Positions 59,108 through 64,000 of a DNA stretch of 64,000 nucleotides are shown here, one piece after another. Below the pieces are notes generated by a model that saw only the letters and a program-made list of their open reading frames with translations, made no database searches and was not told the origin of the DNA. The stretch's first letter is position 1. Every line of letters begins with the position of its first letter. Both the position numbers and the translations under genes were made by a program. Origin of the DNA: an uncultured delta proteobacterium (GTDB lineage: Bacteria; Desulfobacterota; Binatia; UBA9968). Where the stretch lies: the NCBI GenBank assembly GCA_963728565.1, contig CAVSLC010000006.1, positions 1 to 64,000 on the forward strand. The letters run 5' to 3'.

Positions 59108-60111
59108 GCTTTGCGGGTTTCATCAGGCAATTAAGCTTAAACATCGCACTGGTTTTTGTTTGCCTCGGCTGCGCCGCTGTTCCTTCATTTGCTCAAACAC
59201 TTAAAGTTCCTTTCGCCGCGCTCTCTCCAAATTACGCGCCGCTCTGGATTGCAGATCAAGCAGGCTTCTTCAAGAAACAAGGCCTCGATGTTCAACTCAT
59301 CTACATCTCGGCAGGCTCAGTGATTATTCCGGCGATTCTTTCCGGTCAAGTTGAGATCGCCAATATGAGCTCGGCGCCTGCGCTGACAGCGTGGGCGCGC
59401 GGTGCGGAGCTCACCGCGGTCGGGGTGGCATCCAATCGTTTGCTGCACGTCGTGATGACGCGCGGCTCGATTAAAAAAGCTGAGGAGTTGAAAGGAAAGA
59501 AAATCGGCAGTGATCGATACGGCTCATTCTCCGATTTGGTCTTACGAGAGGCTTTGAGGCACTACAACCTTGCGCCGGATCGTGACGTAGCCGTAATTCA
59601 AACCGGCGGCTTACCCGAACGGCTCGGGGCGCTCAAGATCGGCGCTGTCGACGGCGCCATCGTCACAGGCGACACCGCGTTCGAAGCGGAGAAGCTGGGC
59701 TTTCACAAATTGATCGATCTCAGTCAACTGCCGATCCAATACCCCGGCAGTACGATAATCGTGAATAAATCGTTCTTATCGGCTAAAAGAGACGTGGTGA
59801 AAAGATTTCTGCGGGGCTGGGTTGAAGGGATCAAAACGGCAAAGACCGATAAGGAATTGACCGTCAGAGTCATGCAAAAATTTCTCAAGACATCAGATAG
59901 AGCCATCCTCGACAAAACCTTCGAAGTCTACAAACCGACTCACGAGCGAGTTCCGGCGCCCGATCCCAAAGTAATGGGCGTCGCTGTCAAGCAATTGGCC
60001 GCAACTGTGCCGCAAGCCGCTCATTTAAAGGCCGACGACTTCATCGATCGAAGTCTGATCCTGGAATTGGAACAGGAAGGGTTTATTTCCAGAGTTTACG
60101 AAGGTCGTTGA
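59104..60111 (+). CDS. NMT1/SsuA-type ABC substrate-binding protein
   Basis: Signal peptide; PLWIA...GFFKKQGLDV, LKGKKIG. Confidence 0.88.
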   Translation: MSFAGFIRQLSLNIALVFVCLGCAAVPSFAQTLKVPFAALSPNYAPLWIADQAGFFKKQGLDVQLIYISAGSVIIPAILSGQVEIANMSSAPALTAWARGAELTAVGVASNRLLHVVMTRGSIKKAEELKGKKIGSDRYGSFSDLVLREALRHYNLAPDRDVAVIQTGGLPERLGALKIGAVDGAIVTGDTAFEAEKLGFHKLIDLSQLPIQYPGSTIIVNKSFLSAKRDVVKRFLRGWVEGIKTAKTDKELTVRVMQKFLKTSDRAILDKTFEVYKPTHERVPAPDPKVMGVAVKQLAATVPQAAHLKADDFIDRSLILELEQEGFISRVYEGR

Positions 60112-60123
60112 AGATTACACCGA

Positions 60124-60179
60124 ACTCTGTCCTGAGGATTCGCTATAAGAGATTCGGCGAGCTTCGTCCGGGACAGAGT
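60124..60179. terminator. Stem-loop between convergent genes
   Basis: ACTCTGTCC...GGACAGAGT. Confidence 0.4.
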
Positions 60180-60240
60180 CAATCTGGCGATCTCCTGCCT
60201 GTCCAACAATTTACCATCGCGGAGATTCAAATCCGTCGAA

Positions 60241-61122
60241 TCAGAGCTTGGCGGATCTTTCGACGAACGCTTTGACGATTCCATTGAATGTTTCCGGTTG
60301 TTCCCGGTAGCAGAAGTGGCCGGCCTCGTTGATGATGTGCATTTCGGATTTGGGATTGCTGTCGGCGATGATTTCGAAGAGCGCATGGCCGCGTTTGAGC
60401 TCGGCGGTCGGATCGTTGTAGCCCCAGACTAATAGGGTTGGCTGCGTTAGCTTGCCGTGCATGATCCAGTTGAGAGTCTCTTCTTTGTGCAAAGCCAGGT
60501 GGGTGAAGAACTGGGTTCTTTTAAGCCCCTCGTCCTCCATCTTTCTGACGGTTGCCTGGTATTTTTCCGATTTGGCGATGTCTTCGCAAGTATCCAGCCA
60601 GTTCTGCGTGATGTGATTGGCCCTGAACGAATAATGCTCGATGCACCAGCGCTGGCTTTCGCGGCTGAGGCGCGGCTTGGGCGCGTTGGCCATAATGAAT
60701 TCCGTCTTGGAGGGCCCGGGCGCAAGCGTGCCGCTGTCGACAATCACACAAGAGCGAACCAGTTCCGGATGATCCAGTGTCAGCCGCGTAACGACGTAGC
60801 CGCCGCGCGAGTGGCCGATGACGTGAACATTCTTCACCCCGAGCGCCTGTAACAGACCCGCCGCGTGTTTGACCGTGGCCGCCATGGTGTAGTCGGCGTC
60901 GGATTTCGGATTGCCGGTATAGCCTTGGCCGAGCTTGTCCATGGCAATGACGCGAAACCCCTGGGCGAGAACGTCGAAATTAAACTCCCAGTCGATGGCG
61001 CTTTCGCATGCGTCGGGTGTTCCCATGTGGCTGCCGTGCACCAGTAGCAGCACTTCTCCGCTGCCCTTGTCGAAATAGCGCGTCCTGATTCCATCAACGT
61101 CAACAAACTTGGGGTCGGTCAT
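60241..61122 (-). CDS. Alpha/beta hydrolase
   Basis: VHG, GHSRGG, GYND, AGH. Confidence 0.9.
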   Translation of the reverse strand: MTDPKFVDVDGIRTRYFDKGSGEVLLLVHGSHMGTPDACESAIDWEFNFDVLAQGFRVIAMDKLGQGYTGNPKSDADYTMAATVKHAAGLLQALGVKNVHVIGHSRGGYVVTRLTLDHPELVRSCVIVDSGTLAPGPSKTEFIMANAPKPRLSRESQRWCIEHYSFRANHITQNWLDTCEDIAKSEKYQATVRKMEDEGLKRTQFFTHLALHKEETLNWIMHGKLTQPTLLVWGYNDPTAELKRGHALFEIIADSNPKSEMHIINEAGHFCYREQPETFNGIVKAFVERSAKL

Positions 61123-61199
61123 CAAAACGTCCTTTCTCCGTAAGGTCACGGCACTTGTCCGGACACGAACACGGTATTTTCCCCCAGACGCTCACGGCG

Positions 61200-62219
61200 T
61201 TATTTTTTCAGCGACTCGGCGAGCTCACGTAAATATTCTTCCTGTTCCTTGGCCTGGTACAAAGCCAGCGAGCCATCTTTTAACGGTATGCCGCCAATAA
61301 AATGAAAAGCGTGGGCGTCCCAATCGTAAAACTCGTCGCCCCGTTCACAAATCTCTTTCCACTTGAGTCCCACCGGACTTCGGTGCAAGCCCGTGCGCGC
61401 CGGAAGCGCCTCTTGCTGCTCGATGGACAGATTCGCATTTGCTTTGTCGGTCTCTTCTTCCGGGAGTCCGTCCCACATGCGCCGGTAGTTGGGAAAGAAC
61501 TCCTCTTCTCGCACAGTCAGCGCGGTGTGCATGTCCCACCATGGGCCGTGTCCGGCGACGCGCTCGTCCACCTTATCTACCAGCTTGTAAATCAGCCGGG
61601 CGCCCGCGCGTAAACGAAGCACCAGCGTTCCCTCGGCGGTTTTGGAATTCTGTTCAGCTTGTACGCCGCAATATTTTTCAAAAAAAGCTGCGGTTTTGGC
61701 CAGGTCGCGGCAACCATAGACAGCATGACTGATGCGCCCGACTTTTTCGTCGGTGGCGATTTCCATGGCGCCTTCGGGCATATGCACGGGCGCCCAGAAC
61801 TCATATTGATTGCCGTCCGGGTCGGCGAAGTAGATGGCCGTGCCTTCGTCTCCTTCGGCGGTTGTCTTCACCGGGTCGGTGTGCGGAATTTTGTAGCGAT
61901 CGAGCCGGCGCAGGTGCCCGGGGATATCTTCCGGACGGATGTAAAAGCCGCAACGCGGCAGCTCTTGGCCAAGTTCTTTTGCCGGCGGATAGATCTCGGG
62001 CTGGAGAAACCCGCCGATGCGGCACGATCCGCCCTCCCACCAGAGGAAGCAGATGATCTTCATATTCTTTTTCCGCGCCGCCGTGGTCAGCCCCCTGATC
62101 GGTCTTCGCGTCAGCCCGATGCCGTTCACCGCCCAGTCAGTCCAGGCGACCATATCGTTGGTGCCGACGACAAAATGATCGATCCAGTGAGCCGCGCCTT
62201 TGGGTTCGAGGTTGTCCAT
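61200..62219 (-). CDS. Two-domain VOC-family protein
   Basis: IDHFVV, IYFADPDGNQYEF, ISHAVY, FYDWDAHAFH. Confidence 0.82.
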   Translation of the reverse strand: MDNLEPKGAAHWIDHFVVGTNDMVAWTDWAVNGIGLTRRPIRGLTTAARKKNMKIICFLWWEGGSCRIGGFLQPEIYPPAKELGQELPRCGFYIRPEDIPGHLRRLDRYKIPHTDPVKTTAEGDEGTAIYFADPDGNQYEFWAPVHMPEGAMEIATDEKVGRISHAVYGCRDLAKTAAFFEKYCGVQAEQNSKTAEGTLVLRLRAGARLIYKLVDKVDERVAGHGPWWDMHTALTVREEEFFPNYRRMWDGLPEEETDKANANLSIEQQEALPARTGLHRSPVGLKWKEICERGDEFYDWDAHAFHFIGGIPLKDGSLALYQAKEQEEYLRELAESLKK

Positions 62220-62636
62220 CGTAAATCTCCTGATCACTTTTAGAAGGTTCCACCGACTTCAAAATTCCATTCTTGAAGAGATGTTCAGCCCATTGGTATT
62301 CATCGTCTAAGCCATCTTCGTCGCCCCCGGCAGCGGCGGGGAAAAAAGAGGTCAGGGTCTCAACGTCCTGAGATCCACGACCAATCACGTACCTCGCGAC
62401 CGTACGAAAAGGGGAAAATTCTGTCAAGGCGCGATAATTCCGTTTCACGTATTGATGTGACTGGGATATAGGCCGTTCGGTGAAGGTTTCGGAGTCGGCG
62501 ATCAGATGCAAATGCACGAAGCTTGCACGGATCTCAAGCTACGTGCGGTTTAGCCTCGGATGAAACCAACGTAAGAAGTACTCGCGGCCACTCTAGGAAT
62601 GTTCTTTTGACATCGCCGTCTTCTTACAAACGGTTA

Positions 62637-62972
62637 CTACCGAGCGGATCCCGGGGAAAAGTATTCAACCCGGCTCACCGCAACGTCCGAGACGAACATC
62701 ACTCCCGTATAGCGGTCGAACAGAGGTTTCAAGCCGGCCAAAATCGGCTCGACTTTCTCAGGCACGACCACTGACATCAACATGATGATGCTGTCCATCT
62801 CGTTGAACATCGGATGGGCCGTGTGAAAACCGTGGTGCCCTTTTCCGGAAATGTTGTGGATGATGGTATACCCAGTGGCCTTGTTGTCGAGCAAGTCGGT
62901 TGCGAATTTTAAGTGCTCTCCCTGGATGATAATCCTGATTTCCTTCATCGGATGAAGCGTGAGATTGCTCAT
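62637..62972 (-). CDS. PII-superfamily (SbtB-like) protein
   Basis: MKEIRIII..E, ATGYTI..ISGKG, GVMFVSDV. Confidence 0.82.
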   Translation of the reverse strand: MSNLTLHPMKEIRIIIQGEHLKFATDLLDNKATGYTIIHNISGKGHHGFHTAHPMFNEMDSIIMLMSVVVPEKVEPILAGLKPLFDRYTGVMFVSDVAVSRVEYFSPGSAR

Positions 62973-62984
62973 GCTGATCTCCTT

Positions 62985-64000
62985 TCAAACGAATCTCTGG
63001 GCACGAGATGAACAGTTTGGGTTCACAGCCTGCCATCCTTCTTTGGGAACGTACCGGTAAGCTAGCTGCTCTTCAGGCTCGATGGCGATGAGATATAGCC
63101 ATTGGTTATCGTACAGTCGCTTCAAATGGCGTTGGTTGCGGATGATTTTATCGATTCTTTCCCTGGGCGCCTCCACCAGGATCACGAGCCGCATCGGCTC
63201 ATGATAGGGCCGCATTCCATTCATGACCGTCTGCCAGGCCAGGCCGGTGCGCAGATCGCTCTGGGGACCGGACATAATCCCAAAGCGGCCGACTACGTTG
63301 TGGTAGATTTTGCTGCCGCTACCGTAGCCCTCCGGGTCCACTGCGGAAAAGTAATGCTCCATGTTGATCCATTGTCCGACGATCTGCGGTCCGGTCATCA
63401 CGACCTCGAGCAAGCGGCCGTCCGGATCTTCATGGTAATCGTAAGAATGCAGAAAGGCTCGGGCGTCAAGATTGATGCCGCGGGTCAAAGCGCGGCGCCC
63501 AATGATAAATGCGGCATTGCCGGATAGCCCCCATTCGGGCCGAACCTGGCTCCAGTCAGCGCTTCGGCGGTGCACCGCGCGCCAGGCTTTGGAAGCGCCC
63601 GGGCTTACCTTGATCTCGGGAAACCGAGCGCATCGCTCTTGGCGGTTGCGCGATCCCGCCGATTCAAGATCGCGGACTAGTTGGAGCAGATCCTTGCGGT
63701 GAGTGGGGGGGAGGTCTTCCAGATCGAAGAGATCGATGTCATCGGTGGTGGTATTGTGTTGTCCGGCGACGAAGTAGGTGTCCTGCGGAATGGCAATGCC
63801 GTTCTTGGCGAGCTGCTCCCGCACCAGAGGTTTGTTCGCCATGATCGCCAGCACCCTCGCGTTGGGCTTGCCCGGGTTGCCGCCACAGGCGCCGCAATCG
63901 AGAGCCGCTTCGAAAGGGTTGTTCTCGGAGGTGCTGCCATGGCCGCAGAAAAGCACGAGACGGGCGAAGTTCCGCGTCAGGCCCATCATTCTTAGCGCGG
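62985..64000 (-). CDS. dabA: DabA/DUF2309 inorganic carbon transporter subunit (5' part outside the window)
   Basis: CGHGS..NNP...[37 protein letters not shown]. Confidence 0.92.
   Translation of the reverse strand, partial: ALRMMGLTRNFARLVLFCGHGSTSENNPFEAALDCGACGGNPGKPNARVLAIMANKPLVREQLAKNGIAIPQDTYFVAGQHNTTTDDIDLFDLEDLPPTHRKDLLQLVRDLESAGSRNRQERCARFPEIKVSPGASKAWRAVHRRSADWSQVRPEWGLSGNAAFIIGRRALTRGINLDARAFLHSYDYHEDPDGRLLEVVMTGPQIVGQWINMEHYFSAVDPEGYGSGSKIYHNVVGRFGIMSGPQSDLRTGLAWQTVMNGMRPYHEPMRLVILVEAPRERIDKIIRNQRHLKRLYDNQWLYLIAIEPEEQLAYRYVPKEGWQAVNPNCSSRAQRFV

Noticed and set aside
62137-62517. 126-aa ORF between the PII-like and VOC genes
   Set aside because: No recognisable motif, overlaps the VOC start, and no clear RBS; may be a gene remnant but cannot be supported.

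Overview
Bacterial chromosomal window with no rRNA, intact tRNA, CRISPR array, transposase or integrase. The gene content (many orphan substrate-binding proteins, amidohydrolases, VOC, CoA and TPP enzymes, sigma54 regulation) resembles Ca. Binatia/Binatota-type deltaproteobacterial MAGs; this is an inference. At least ten genes carry isolated frameshifts, most likely long-read assembly errors. Main blocks: (1) 0.3-7.9 kb envelope/signalling cluster (Ser/Thr kinase with Ig-like domains, PEGA, CsgG-SH3, CpoB, Pal without TolB, and two proteins sharing an unnamed helical domain). (2) 8-19 kb metabolic and transport genes. (3) 19-31 kb accessory block bounded by toxin-antitoxin genes, centred on two divergent sigma54 promoters with a tandem GGTG-N10-CACC site between them; leftward lie secreted proteins, rightward two orphan ABC-type binding proteins, a Cache histidine kinase and a sigma54 activator. 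(4) 31-62 kb catabolic and transport genes, including a HEPN-like gene bracketed by periodic hairpins, a NarM-like/YdeP-type pair, and a RipABC-like CoA cluster whose acyl-CoA dehydrogenase is flanked by inverted MITE-like elements. (5) The 3' part of dabA followed by a PII/SbtB-like gene. Several families of short-period palindromic repeats occupy intergenic spaces. Family assignments come from motif recognition by eye, not database searches.
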